The position numbers and the translations under genes are program-made. A stretch of 28,608 bases of DNA from Candidatus Rokuibacteriota bacterium (GTDB lineage Bacteria > Methylomirabilota > Methylomirabilia > Rokubacteriales > CSP1-6): positions 1-28,608 of the forward strand of contig JACPCX010000186.1 in the NCBI GenBank assembly GCA_016184305.1, in the 5' to 3' direction. A model generated the notes under the pieces. The model was given only the letters and a program-made list of their open reading frames with translations, did not search any database and had not been told where the DNA came from. This document shows, in pieces, positions 1-8,113 of this stretch. Numbering within the stretch: position 1 is the first letter of the stretch; each line of letters starts with the position of its first letter.

Positions 1-126
1 GTGAAGATAGCCGCGGGACGAGGCGGTTCCACCCGTGAGGTAGAAGTCGGTCTCGACGGTGTTGATGACCTTCAAGACCCGATCCTGCAGCGGATAGAGC
101 GTGTCGAAGAAGAAGGCCTGATCCAT
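1..126 (-). CDS. AbiEii/AbiGii-family nucleotidyltransferase toxin, N-terminal part (runs off the window edge)
   Basis: Not in the ORF track. ATG at 126 directly follows the upstream TAG (TAGATG). Translates MDQAFFFDTLYPLQDRVLKVINTVETDFYLTGGTASSRGYLH; FYLTGGTA..R.YLH is the typical N-terminal motif of AbiEii-type NTases. Confidence 0.8.
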   Translation of the reverse strand, partial: MDQAFFFDTLYPLQDRVLKVINTVETDFYLTGGTASSRGYLH

Positions 127-408
127 CTACAGCTTTTCGGGGTGATGCGCCGTCAGCCACTCGACCAAGAAGTCGAACCCACGGCGACGGCCCGGCGAGC
201 GAACCCGTGTACGCACGAGAGGCCAGCGTTCAACGAGGCTCCGGTACCCAAGCAGCCGGATGATCTCGCGATAGGACGCGTACTCCAGCAGACGAGCGGT
301 TGCCCACTCTTGGTCCAACCGTCCGAGTGTCGCATGCCCTGACAACAGTTCGGCGAATTGGACCTCGTCGAGCTCATAATCCCACAGGTATGTCGGTCTC
401 CGCAGCAT
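127..408 (-). CDS. small protein, probable antitoxin/partner of the AbiEii-family toxin
   Basis: 93 aa from ATG 408 (MLRRPTYLWDYELDEVQFAELL...ARLLEYASYREIIRLLG). The YLWDY...RLLEY pattern is typical of small genes preceding AbiEii NTases. Stop abuts the toxin ATG; TACAAT -10-like hexamer at 425-430 on the minus strand. Confidence 0.7.
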   Translation of the reverse strand: MLRRPTYLWDYELDEVQFAELLSGHATLGRLDQEWATARLLEYASYREIIRLLGYRSLVERWPLVRTRVRSPGRRRGFDFLVEWLTAHHPEKL

Positions 409-566
409 GGGTGCGCCGACTCGAATTGTAACGTCTTTCTGGAGAGAAATCGAGACGCGGCTGAGCCGAGATTCCGGGAGGGGATCGGTCACGGTGAGCG
501 CATGCCGGTCGTACACCCTGTGATCGGCCGCCCCCTGCCGCGGGAGCAGCATTGCCTCAGGCCCAC

Positions 567-600
567 GGGGGACGACGGGTGCTGACGCGCCCGTTCCCCC
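567..600 (-). terminator. GC-rich hairpin downstream of the DUF2442 gene, possible terminator
   Basis: Imperfect inverted repeat GGGGGACGACGGGTGC-TGAC-GCGCCCGTTCCCCC just past the stop at 616; no clear U-tract. Confidence 0.3.
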
Positions 601-615
601 ACGATCCAGGCGTTC

Positions 616-1002
616 TCAGGCGTTGTTGGGAGGCGGGCCGAGGTCTCCCGGAGCCCCCCCAGGTCCCGCCGCGGGCGGCGCGAGGGCTTTCGAGTCTTGC
701 TTCTTGGCTTGTCGCGCCTCAAGCCATTTCTTTAGGGACTGAGGGCTCTCGCCGGAACGGCGACCGGCGAGAAGCCCGACCACGGTCAAATCCTCATCGA
801 GATCTGGCCAGTGAATGTACGCTCCCTCTCCGAAGATCTCAAAATGATTGCGCTCCTCAGGTGCGCCATACCACAGGCGAGGATACCAACCTAGAGGGAC
901 GAGTATGGTTCGACCATCCACGAGATCAACGGTTAAGGCCTCCTCACTCACCGTCACGCGTCGCGCCCGGGCCTCCTGTAGTTCAACGGCCAAAGAATTC
1001 AT
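616..1002 (-). CDS. DUF2442 domain protein (putative TA component)
   Basis: MNSLAVELQEARARRVTVSEEALTVDLVDGRTILVPLGWYPRLW...IHWPDLDEDLTVVGLLAG is a characteristic DUF2442 sequence. GAGGTGG RBS before ATG 1002; overlaps the upstream DUF4160 gene. Confidence 0.9.
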   Translation of the reverse strand: MNSLAVELQEARARRVTVSEEALTVDLVDGRTILVPLGWYPRLWYGAPEERNHFEIFGEGAYIHWPDLDEDLTVVGLLAGRRSGESPQSLKKWLEARQAKKQDSKALAPPAAGPGGAPGDLGPPPNNA

Positions 1003-1219
1003 ACCACCTCTCCAGTAATGTCTCGCGATGCTCCTGGACGAGCTTCGCAATCGTGTTGAGTTCCGCTCGATTAAATCCGCCTGCCCCTTCCAACACCACA
1101 GGATCCAGCCAGAATTTCGCAACCATGTTCTCGTGTCTCACATGAATGTGCGGAGGTTCACCGCGGTCAAGAGAGACAAAGAAGAAACGGTAGGGACCTG
1201 TCCTCAGGGCCGTCGGCAT
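983..1219 (-). CDS. DUF4160 domain protein (putative TA component)
   Basis: Last 78 aa of the 983..2698 track ORF: MPTALRTGPYRFFFVSLDRGEPPHIHVRHENMVAKFWLDPV...WYEFFG, with the EPPHIHV signature; canonical pairing with DUF2442. Confidence 0.9.
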   Translation of the reverse strand: MPTALRTGPYRFFFVSLDRGEPPHIHVRHENMVAKFWLDPVVLEGAGGFNRAELNTIAKLVQEHRETLLERWYEFFGR

Positions 1220-1375
1220 TTGCGTTGCGGGAATCCTACCTCCAACCTGGTGTGACCTGCAACCATACCGAGGGGACGCCCTCAACTCGGAGTCGACGGA
1301 TTCGACGGAATTCCATGGTAACGCGAAGGTAGCGGCTCGACGCGGTCTATACGCCCCGACCCAGTTGAGGCACCA

Positions 1376-1406
1376 CCTCCCCTCGGGGAGAGGGCAGGGG
1401 GAGGGG
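1376..1406. repeat. REP-like palindromic element at the htrA 3' end
   Basis: CCTCCCCTCGGGGAGAGGGCAGGGGGAGGGG: CTCCCC-TC-GGGGAG hairpin plus G-rich tail, resembling widespread GGGAGAGGG..GGG.GAGGG extragenic palindromes. Confidence 0.5.
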
Positions 1407-1407
1407 C

Positions 1408-2541
1408 TCAGCCGCCGGGCTTCGCGGGGCCCTCGCGCCTCGGCCGGTCGTCGGGGACCTCGGCGACCTTCGCCGTCACGTCGATCTTCTGCTTCTTCCT
1501 GAGCACCTGGAGCGTGACGGTCTTCCCCACCGGGGTGTCGGCCACGAGCCGCTGGAGCTGCCGGTAGTCCTCGATGGGGGCCTTGTCGTAGGCGACGATC
1601 ACATCCCCTTGCTGGAGGCCCGCCGCCGCCGCGGGGCTGCCCGGGATCGTGGACGCCACGAGGGCTCCGCCGCCCGTCACGCCCAGCGTCTGCGCGAGCT
1701 CCGGGGAAAGCGGCTGGAGCGCGACGCCGAGCCAGCCGCGCACCACCTTGCCCTTCTCCACGAGCTGGTCCACGACGCGCTTGACCATGTTGATGGGGAT
1801 GGCGAAGCCGATCCCCTGGCCGGCGGCGACGATGGCGGTGTTGAAGGCGTCGGTCTGGATGAAGTTCTCGTAGGTCGCCACCCCGACATCGGAGCGCCCG
1901 GTGGCGCTGATCACCCCCACCGTGACCGTCTGGTCCAGCCCGAACGGGTTGCCGATGGCGATGGCCCATTCGCCCACGCGGAGCGCGTCCGAGTCGCCGA
2001 GCGCGGCCACGCGGAGCTCGTGATCCGGCTCGAAGCGCAGCACGGCGAGATCGGTCTTGGGATCCACACCCAGCACCTTGCCCTGGTACTCGCGCTTGTC
2101 CGACAGCCGCACCGTGATCTCGTCGGCGCCCTTGATGACGTGGAAGTTCGTGAGGACGAGTCCCCGCTTGTCGATGATGACGCCGGAGCCGAGGCTCGGC
2201 TGCCGGAACTCGGGCCGCTGGCCCGGCGCGTCGCTGCCGAAGAACTGCTTGAAGAAGTCCTGGAAGAACGGATCGTCGGTGCCCGGCTGGGGCGCGATGG
2301 GCCGGCGCGACCGCGAGCGCTGGATGGTCCCCACGTTGACCACGGCGGGGCGCAACTGCTGCGCCACGCCGACGAAGGTGGCCTGGAGCGTCTCGGGAAC
2401 GCTCGTCGCGGGCGCTGCCGCCTGGATGGACACGGCGGGCCTGGGAGACACCGCGGAGTGGACCAGGTAGCCCCCGGCCGCGGCGGCCACGACCGCGAGG
2501 CCCGCGGCCAGTCCAGTCAGGAGAGGGCGATCCATAGGCAT
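1408..2541 (-). CDS. htrA: HtrA/DegP-family trypsin-like protease with one PDZ domain; catalytic-Ser motif deleted (pseudo-protease or defective allele)
   Basis: N-terminal TM segment, SLGSGVII, TNFHV (His), KTDLAV (Asp), AIGNPFGLDQTVTVGVIS, GIGFAIP and C-terminal PDZ (RGWLGV...GSPAAAAGLQQGDVI). Reads FIQTDA-F-NTAIV, lacking INPGNSGGP. Start ATG 2541 or 2535. Confidence 0.9.
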   Translation of the reverse strand: MPMDRPLLTGLAAGLAVVAAAAGGYLVHSAVSPRPAVSIQAAAPATSVPETLQATFVGVAQQLRPAVVNVGTIQRSRSRRPIAPQPGTDDPFFQDFFKQFFGSDAPGQRPEFRQPSLGSGVIIDKRGLVLTNFHVIKGADEITVRLSDKREYQGKVLGVDPKTDLAVLRFEPDHELRVAALGDSDALRVGEWAIAIGNPFGLDQTVTVGVISATGRSDVGVATYENFIQTDAFNTAIVAAGQGIGFAIPINMVKRVVDQLVEKGKVVRGWLGVALQPLSPELAQTLGVTGGGALVASTIPGSPAAAAGLQQGDVIVAYDKAPIEDYRQLQRLVADTPVGKTVTLQVLRKKQKIDVTAKVAEVPDDRPRREGPAKPGG

Positions 2542-2560
2542 GGGGCCCGAAGGCGAGCGA

Positions 2561-2590
2561 ATCATACCGGCCGGGATCTGGAGGTGTCAA
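2561..2590 (-). promoter_or_regulatory. sigma70-type promoter of htrA
   Basis: Minus strand TTGACA (2590-2585), 18-nt spacer, TATGAT (2566-2561), about 20 nt upstream of ATG 2541. Confidence 0.7.
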
Positions 2591-2618
2591 GGAGGCCGAG
2601 CCGCAGGCGAGGCGAGCG

Positions 2619-2651
2619 GATATGGCAATCCCCCGAGCGGAGCGAGGAGCT
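2619..2651 (+). repeat. dispersed intergenic repeat, copy 1
   Basis: ATCCCCCGAGCGGAGCGAGGAGCT, nearly identical to 5099-5132. Confidence 0.7.
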
Positions 2652-2803
2652 CGACAGCCATGAGGCGAGAGAGGCGCGGGCGCGCCGTCGCAATTCATAA
2701 GGGTTACCCTCCGCGTGGGTGAGCATCGTGCCCGCCTGGGCGGCCTCCATCCGTTCCGTGGGCACGACGCACCTCCGGCAATGGGCGCGCGGCGTCCGCG
2801 CCG

Positions 2804-4669
2804 TCAGCGGTACCAGGGGACAGCACCCCGCCAGAAGATGTGGCGCCCGTCGTGAGAGACGAGGCCTTCGGTCCGCCAGGCCGGCGCCGTGACGGTCCTG
2901 CCCTGGAGCACCAGGGGCGACCGTGATCCCGCCGGGTTGACGGCCTCGAGATCACCGGCTGGCCCCGCGCGGACCTCTGCCACCCGCGCGAGTTCTCGCC
3001 ACGCTCCGGCGATCCCACGCGCATCCACCCCGCCGCCGGCGCACGAGATCTCTCCGACCGGCGTCGCCGCCGGCACTCGGGCTCGGTGCAGATTGAAAGA
3101 GGTCTCGGGGAAGATGACGTCGATGAAGTACACGAGCTCGGTCTGGTGGCGGACATACGGTCCGAACCACGGCAGCGGATCGTGGCCCGGGCAGTCGGCC
3201 GACACCCGGAAATACGCGGGCCGTGACGGGAGGGCGTGCCAGCGCTCCGCGTGGTGCAGGAGCTCGAGCTTCGGCGCGACATACGAGTGGCGGAACTCCG
3301 CCAGCAGGGTGGTGGTCGCCACGACGTTCGCGGCGATCAGTCCCACCGCTCCGACGCCCAGGAGGGTCGTCCACACCGTGCCCCGGGGCTCCGGCGTCGA
3401 GTGCCCGCCGCCGATGCGCCTCCACGTCCAGCCGGCCACGGCGATCGTCAAGACGGCACTCAGGAGCGCGGGATAGGCATGCTGGAGGTTCTGCTGGAGC
3501 GTGTAGGAGAGGCCACGGGGTACGGACCGGCCCAGCGCCACGAGCCACGAGTACCCGCCGAGCACCGCGAGACCGGCCAGGACGCCGGGCGCGGCGGCAC
3601 GAAGCGGCCGGCGGGTCGCGAGCAGGCCCACGCTGCCGGTGAACAGGGGGAACACCCCGACCGCGTTGATGGCGAAGGCAGGGCCGGCCGGGGTCATCAC
3701 GCCGGCCAGGAACGCCCGGGATCCCGGGACGATGTCGTAAAGCGACGGGAACACCAAGCCGCCGAGCCAGACGCCGATCTGCTGCACCGCATACCGGCCC
3801 CCGAGGACGAAGGCCTCTGGCCCGGGCACCTGGGCGTCGGACCCCTCGAGCCCCGGAAAGCGACGGAGGAGGTCCACCACGCTGATCGCCAGATAGGTGG
3901 CGGCGATGGCACCGTGCCCACCGCTCATGAGCAGGCGCGCGCGCCGGCTGGAGGGGATCCCTGCCGCGCCCGCGGCTCGCTGCCCCGGGCGCGGCAGGGC
4001 CGAGATGGCGAGCAGGGCGCCCACCATGAGGGAGTAGAACGCCCCGAGCTCGTACGTGAAGGCGGCGGTGAGGGCGAGCAGGAGCGATGCGGAGCCCTTG
4101 GCACGCCGTCCGGTGTCCAGGTACGCGAGAAGTCGCTCCAGCGAACCGGTCAGCAGGACGGTGCAGAGGATGTAGGCGTTCGCGTGGAACCAGATCACGG
4201 TCTCGGCGCACAGGAGCAGGCTGGCGAAGAGGGCGGCGAGGAGGACCGGCGGCCAGAGCGCGCCGGGGAAGGCCCGCCGCCCCACGCGCAGCACCAGCAC
4301 GGCCTGCGCCGCATGGAGCGCCATCCCCACGGCTTGCCATAACCAGTACGACCTGCCGAACAGGATCTGTTCCGTCGCCAGCAGGAGATGGAAGAGCGGG
4401 CGGAACTCTGCGTGATCGCCGATGGATACCGAGCGATTCCAGGCCGGGGCGTGCGCGATCAGCTCCCCGGCGGTCCCGAACTGGGACGCCTCGTAGAGAA
4501 AGATCAGATGGTCCCACCTCGGGACGCTCCACAGACCCTCCCGGTAGATCGCGAGGGTGAAGGCGGCCACCAGCGTCTCCGCCACCATGGGCGCACGCGC
4601 GAGCGCCAAGAGCGTCGCGGGCGGCCGGCGCCACGGCGGCGAGAAGCGCGTCAGCGACCTGACACCCAT
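2804..4669 (-). CDS. multi-pass membrane protein, putative GT-C-fold glycosyltransferase with C-terminal soluble domain
   Basis: About 11-12 hydrophobic segments; acidic loop after TM1 (PRWDHLIFLYE), FRPLF, AETVIWFHA; clear paralog of 15516..17407. Start ATG 4669 (or 4588); the longer track ORF extends into the antisense transposase remnant. Confidence 0.7.
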   Translation of the reverse strand: MGVRSLTRFSPPWRRPPATLLALARAPMVAETLVAAFTLAIYREGLWSVPRWDHLIFLYEASQFGTAGELIAHAPAWNRSVSIGDHAEFRPLFHLLLATEQILFGRSYWLWQAVGMALHAAQAVLVLRVGRRAFPGALWPPVLLAALFASLLLCAETVIWFHANAYILCTVLLTGSLERLLAYLDTGRRAKGSASLLLALTAAFTYELGAFYSLMVGALLAISALPRPGQRAAGAAGIPSSRRARLLMSGGHGAIAATYLAISVVDLLRRFPGLEGSDAQVPGPEAFVLGGRYAVQQIGVWLGGLVFPSLYDIVPGSRAFLAGVMTPAGPAFAINAVGVFPLFTGSVGLLATRRPLRAAAPGVLAGLAVLGGYSWLVALGRSVPRGLSYTLQQNLQHAYPALLSAVLTIAVAGWTWRRIGGGHSTPEPRGTVWTTLLGVGAVGLIAANVVATTTLLAEFRHSYVAPKLELLHHAERWHALPSRPAYFRVSADCPGHDPLPWFGPYVRHQTELVYFIDVIFPETSFNLHRARVPAATPVGEISCAGGGVDARGIAGAWRELARVAEVRAGPAGDLEAVNPAGSRSPLVLQGRTVTAPAWRTEGLVSHDGRHIFWRGAVPWYR

Positions 4670-4683
4670 CCCCACCAGGATAC

Positions 4684-4950
4684 CCGCGCAACCCTGCGGC
4701 CGGCCAGCAATCGGGTACAGCTCGAGGGGCTCTGCCGGTATATGCTCCGCCCCCAATTCGCCCAGGACCGGCTCCACCTCCGGGCCGACGGGCGCGTGGT
4801 GGTGGTCACTCTCAAGACGGCTGGGAGTCAGCGACATAATGCCCCACCTCGCTATCGAGCATGCATGCGAGGCTGCTGGCGCTTCCCCGGCTGACACTGC
4901 GAGGGCTGGCCGACCTCGAGGTGCTGGCGAGGCACACGCGACTGCGGATC
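4684..4950 (+). mobile_element. IS91-family (Y2, rolling-circle) transposase remnant
   Basis: QLEGLCRYMLRPQFAQDRLHLRADGRVVVVTLKTA matches the IS91/ISCR-type motif LE.LCRY..RP..A.DRL....DG.V...LKT.W. Frameshifted continuation PHLAIE and VLARHTRLR resemble THLVFE and GVLAPHARLR. Confidence 0.75.
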
Positions 4951-5098
4951 GAGCGGTATTGTCTCCTTCGTCCCGTCCCGTCGCGCTGAGGACAGGCGGT
5001 CACGACAGGAGCGCGCGATCCCCACGCGCTGCACCGGGTTGTCCCGGGAGCTGTCGGGAGCCTTCGTCTGTTTCATCACCCCCCCGCCCTCTGACGAG

Positions 5099-5132
5099 GA
5101 GATGGGGATCCCCCCGAGCGGAGCGAGGAGCT
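5099..5132 (+). repeat. dispersed intergenic repeat, copy 2
   Basis: ATCCCCCCGAGCGGAGCGAGGAGCT, matches 2619-2651. Confidence 0.7.
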
Positions 5133-5173
5133 GCCGCGCCGGCCGAGGCCCTCGCGCTACTATCGGGTCTGCC

Positions 5174-8113
5174 ATGTCACGCGTGAGCGAGTGGGGCAGG
5201 CGGCGGCCCGACGCCGCGGCCGGCTGGGCCCTCGTCCTCCTCGGCTTCGGCACCCAGGCGCGCGCCTTCCTCCCCGGCCGGGTGCTCTCCCCGGCCGACG
5301 CCCTGGTGATGTTCGATCCGTGGAAGGCCCTCGCGCCGGGGGTCGAACCGGCGAATCCCGTGCTGACTGATGTGAGCCTCCTGTTTCACCCCTGGCTTGT
5401 GTGGGTAACCCGCGAAATCAGCCAGGGGCATCTGCCTCTCTGGAACCCCCAGGTTTTCACGGGCGCCCCGCTGCTCGCCAACCCGAACTTCGCCGTGCTC
5501 TTCCCCACGAACGCTCTCGCCTACCTGCTCCCCTTCGGGCTCGCCCTGGCTCTCGGGGCCGCCCTCAAGCTCCTGACGGCGGGGCTCGGGATGTACTGGT
5601 TCCTGCGGCTCCTCGCGCTGGGGCCTCTCGGCGCTTTCACGGGGGCGTTGGCCTTCATGCTCAGCGGACCGCTTGTCGTGTGGCTGCAGTATCCGTACGG
5701 CGGTGCGATCGCCCTGCTGCCGGTCCTCCTGGCGTTGACCGAGCGGCTGCGCCAGAGGCCGGGAGGCGGCCCCGTGGTGGGGCTCGCCTGTGCCGTGGTC
5801 CTCGACATCTTCGCGGGATACCCGCCCATCGGCCTCCTCGGCGCGCTCACCGCCGGCGCCTGGGCACTTGTGCGCGCGCACGGTGCTCCGGGTGGTCCGC
5901 GCTTCCTGCTCCGTTTCGCCGCCGGCATGGGCCTCGGAATCGCGCTCGCCGCCGTCCAGCTCCTGCCCTTCGTCGAGTACATGCGCGAGAGCGCGGTCTA
6001 CGCCTACCGGCTCGAGTGGAAGCCCGTGCTCTCTCTCCCGCCCCGGGCGGCCATCGTGTTCCTCATGCCGTACTACTACGGCGGCCCCCGGGATTTCTGG
6101 GGCCCGTGGAACTTCAACGAGATCACGACGTCAGTGGGGCTTCTGCCATGGGTCGCGCTCCCGGCGGCCCTCGTGGGCGCCTGGCGCCGGCCCGGGACGC
6201 GCTTCTTGGCCGCGCTGGCCGCGCTGGCGGCGGCCATCCTCTACGGCGTGCCGGGGCTGGCGCCGGCCCTTGCCACGCTGCCGGGCGTGTCCCTCGCGAT
6301 CAGCCTGCGCGTCGCCCCGCTGCTGACGCTGGCGCTGGGCGCCCTGTGCGGCATCGGAGTGGACGCCGTCCGGCGCGACGCGGGCGGATCGAGCCGCGCC
6401 GTGCGCTGGGCGCTGGCGGCTGCGCTGGCGGCGCTCGCGCTCCTCTCCCTGGCGAGCCTCCTCGACGACTACGCGACATCCATCCGCGCGGGGATGAAGC
6501 TCCCTCTGGCGCTCCAGTACGTGTGGTTCCTCGCGCTCTCGACGGGCCTGACCCTGCTGCTCCTGCGGGGGCCGGGTCCGGGCGCCGCGACTGCACGGCG
6601 GGCGCTGGGTCTCGTGGCGCTCCAGCTCGCGAGCACGCTGCCGCTGGCCATCGGCTACAACCCGGCGATGGAGTCGCGCTGGCTCTACCCATCCACTCCC
6701 GCCATCGAACACCTCAAGCGGGAGAGCGCGCGGGACCCGGGGCGCGTCCTGCTCCAGGCCAACCTCGGCATGCTCTACGGCCTCTCGGACCCCTCGGGCT
6801 ATGACGGCATGACGCCCCGCCGGTTCGAGCAGGTCGTCCGGCCGGGCGGAGGCCTCACGCTCCTGGGCAACGGCAGCCTCACGGTGGCGGACGTGTGGGC
6901 CTCGCCCGTGGTGGATCTCCTCGGGGTGCGCCGTGTGCTCGTGCCGCCGGGGATCACGGTCGCCGGCCGCGGGTACGTGCTCGAGTACGACGGCGCCGAT
7001 GCGCGCGTGTATCGCAACGACGGGGCGCTGCCCGGCGCCTTTGTCGTGCCCGTGGGTCGATGCCTCGGAGATGCGGCCGCGCTCGGGCTGATCGCGGCGC
7101 GGGCGGTGGACTTCCGCCGGGAGGTGCTGCTCGCCGGCTGCGAGCGGGCGCCGGAGGCCGCGCCGCGGGCGAAGGAGTGGAACGCGGCGATGCGGCGCGG
7201 CGAGGCGTCCCGCGTGGTGATCGAGGCGACCACGGACGCTCCGGCCTATCTCGTGCTCACCGACACCTGGTACCCGGGATGGCGCGTCTCGGTGGACGGT
7301 GCCGAGCAGCCCATGCTCCGCGCCAACTACGCGTTCCGCGCGGTGCGGCTCGGGCCGGGCACGCACGAGGTGGCTTTCGAGTACCGGCCGGCCTCGGTCC
7401 GCATCGGTCTCGCCGTGAGCCTCGCGGCGGCGGCTGTCGCCGTCGGCCTCGTCCTGGGCTCGAGGCTCCGCGGGCTCCGCCGGCGGCAGTCCGGGGGGCA
7501 GCCGGAACCGCGTCGCCGCGCTGGCTGGGCGGTGCTGGCGCTGCTGCTCTCGGCCCTCGTTGCCGGTGCGTTCCTCCTGGGGTCGCCCCGCCCGACCCTG
7601 CCGCGAGCCCCCTTCGATTTCGAGGTGGTCCCCTCCACGGTGCGTGAGGGGGTGCCGGCGACGATCCGCGTCCGCCACAGGGGGCCCGGGCGTCTCGAAG
7701 GGTCTCGGCCCCTCGACCTGTACATCGCCGCGCTCCAGGGATGGGAGAGCGCCGTGTTCCTCACCCCTGGAGGCGCCTGGTCCGCCCGGCCCGAGCCGTA
7801 TCGGCGAGCGCCATCCCTCGCGGGCCTCGCGCCCGTCGAGGCGCCCTGGCCCTGGGAGCGCACGGTGGGCTCGCTCCGCCTCGCGCTGATCGTCGTCGAG
7901 GCCGGGGCCGATCCGCGCTCGCGCTCGCACTGGCTCTTCCAGCCCGTGCTCGTGGTGGTGGATCTCAAGGCGTCGATGACGAGCGATTTCGGACGAGCGC
8001 GGGCGGCGGCTGTTCTGGGTATGGTGGGCCTCCTGACGATCGGCGCGGTGCTGGTCGTCGCGCGGTGCGCGCGGGCGCTCTCGCCCCCGTCGGAGCCGCG
8101 ATGCGACGCGTGA
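5174..8113 (+). CDS. YfhO-family membrane protein (GT-C glycosyltransferase) with extra C-terminal TM-flanked domain
   Basis: LPLWNPQVFTGAPLLANP, AAVQLLPFVEY, GYDG and C-terminal TDTWYPGWRVSVDG...RANYAFRAVRLGPGTHEVAFEYRP are YfhO hallmarks. Start ATG 5174 is supported by N-terminal similarity to the paralog at 8101. Confidence 0.88.
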   Translation: MSRVSEWGRRRPDAAAGWALVLLGFGTQARAFLPGRVLSPADALVMFDPWKALAPGVEPANPVLTDVSLLFHPWLVWVTREISQGHLPLWNPQVFTGAPLLANPNFAVLFPTNALAYLLPFGLALALGAALKLLTAGLGMYWFLRLLALGPLGAFTGALAFMLSGPLVVWLQYPYGGAIALLPVLLALTERLRQRPGGGPVVGLACAVVLDIFAGYPPIGLLGALTAGAWALVRAHGAPGGPRFLLRFAAGMGLGIALAAVQLLPFVEYMRESAVYAYRLEWKPVLSLPPRAAIVFLMPYYYGGPRDFWGPWNFNEITTSVGLLPWVALPAALVGAWRRPGTRFLAALAALAAAILYGVPGLAPALATLPGVSLAISLRVAPLLTLALGALCGIGVDAVRRDAGGSSRAVRWALAAALAALALLSLASLLDDYATSIRAGMKLPLALQYVWFLALSTGLTLLLLRGPGPGAATARRALGLVALQLASTLPLAIGYNPAMESRWLYPSTPAIEHLKRESARDPGRVLLQANLGMLYGLSDPSGYDGMTPRRFEQVVRPGGGLTLLGNGSLTVADVWASPVVDLLGVRRVLVPPGITVAGRGYVLEYDGADARVYRNDGALPGAFVVPVGRCLGDAAALGLIAARAVDFRREVLLAGCERAPEAAPRAKEWNAAMRRGEASRVVIEATTDAPAYLVLTDTWYPGWRVSVDGAEQPMLRANYAFRAVRLGPGTHEVAFEYRPASVRIGLAVSLAAAAVAVGLVLGSRLRGLRRRQSGGQPEPRRRAGWAVLALLLSALVAGAFLLGSPRPTLPRAPFDFEVVPSTVREGVPATIRVRHRGPGRLEGSRPLDLYIAALQGWESAVFLTPGGAWSARPEPYRRAPSLAGLAPVEAPWPWERTVGSLRLALIVVEAGADPRSRSHWLFQPVLVVVDLKASMTSDFGRARAAAVLGMVGLLTIGAVLVVARCARALSPPSEPRCDA

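Noticed and set aside
1..342. Plus-strand 113-aa ORF
   Set aside because: Antisense shadow of the AbiEii-type gene pair, which has recognisable motifs on the minus strand.
983..2698. 571-aa ORF suggesting a large DUF4160 fusion
   Set aside because: Only the last 78 aa are protein-like; the rest is an Arg/Gly/Pro-rich alternative frame over htrA, typical of high-GC DNA.
2562..2765. Short ORFs or an ncRNA between htrA and the membrane-protein gene
   Set aside because: The region holds the htrA promoter and a dispersed repeat; I could not recognise a coding signature or known RNA structure.
4670..4897. N-terminal extension of the 697-aa ORF
   Set aside because: It overlaps the antisense IS91 remnant and is absent from the paralog; a start at 4669 or 4588 fits better.
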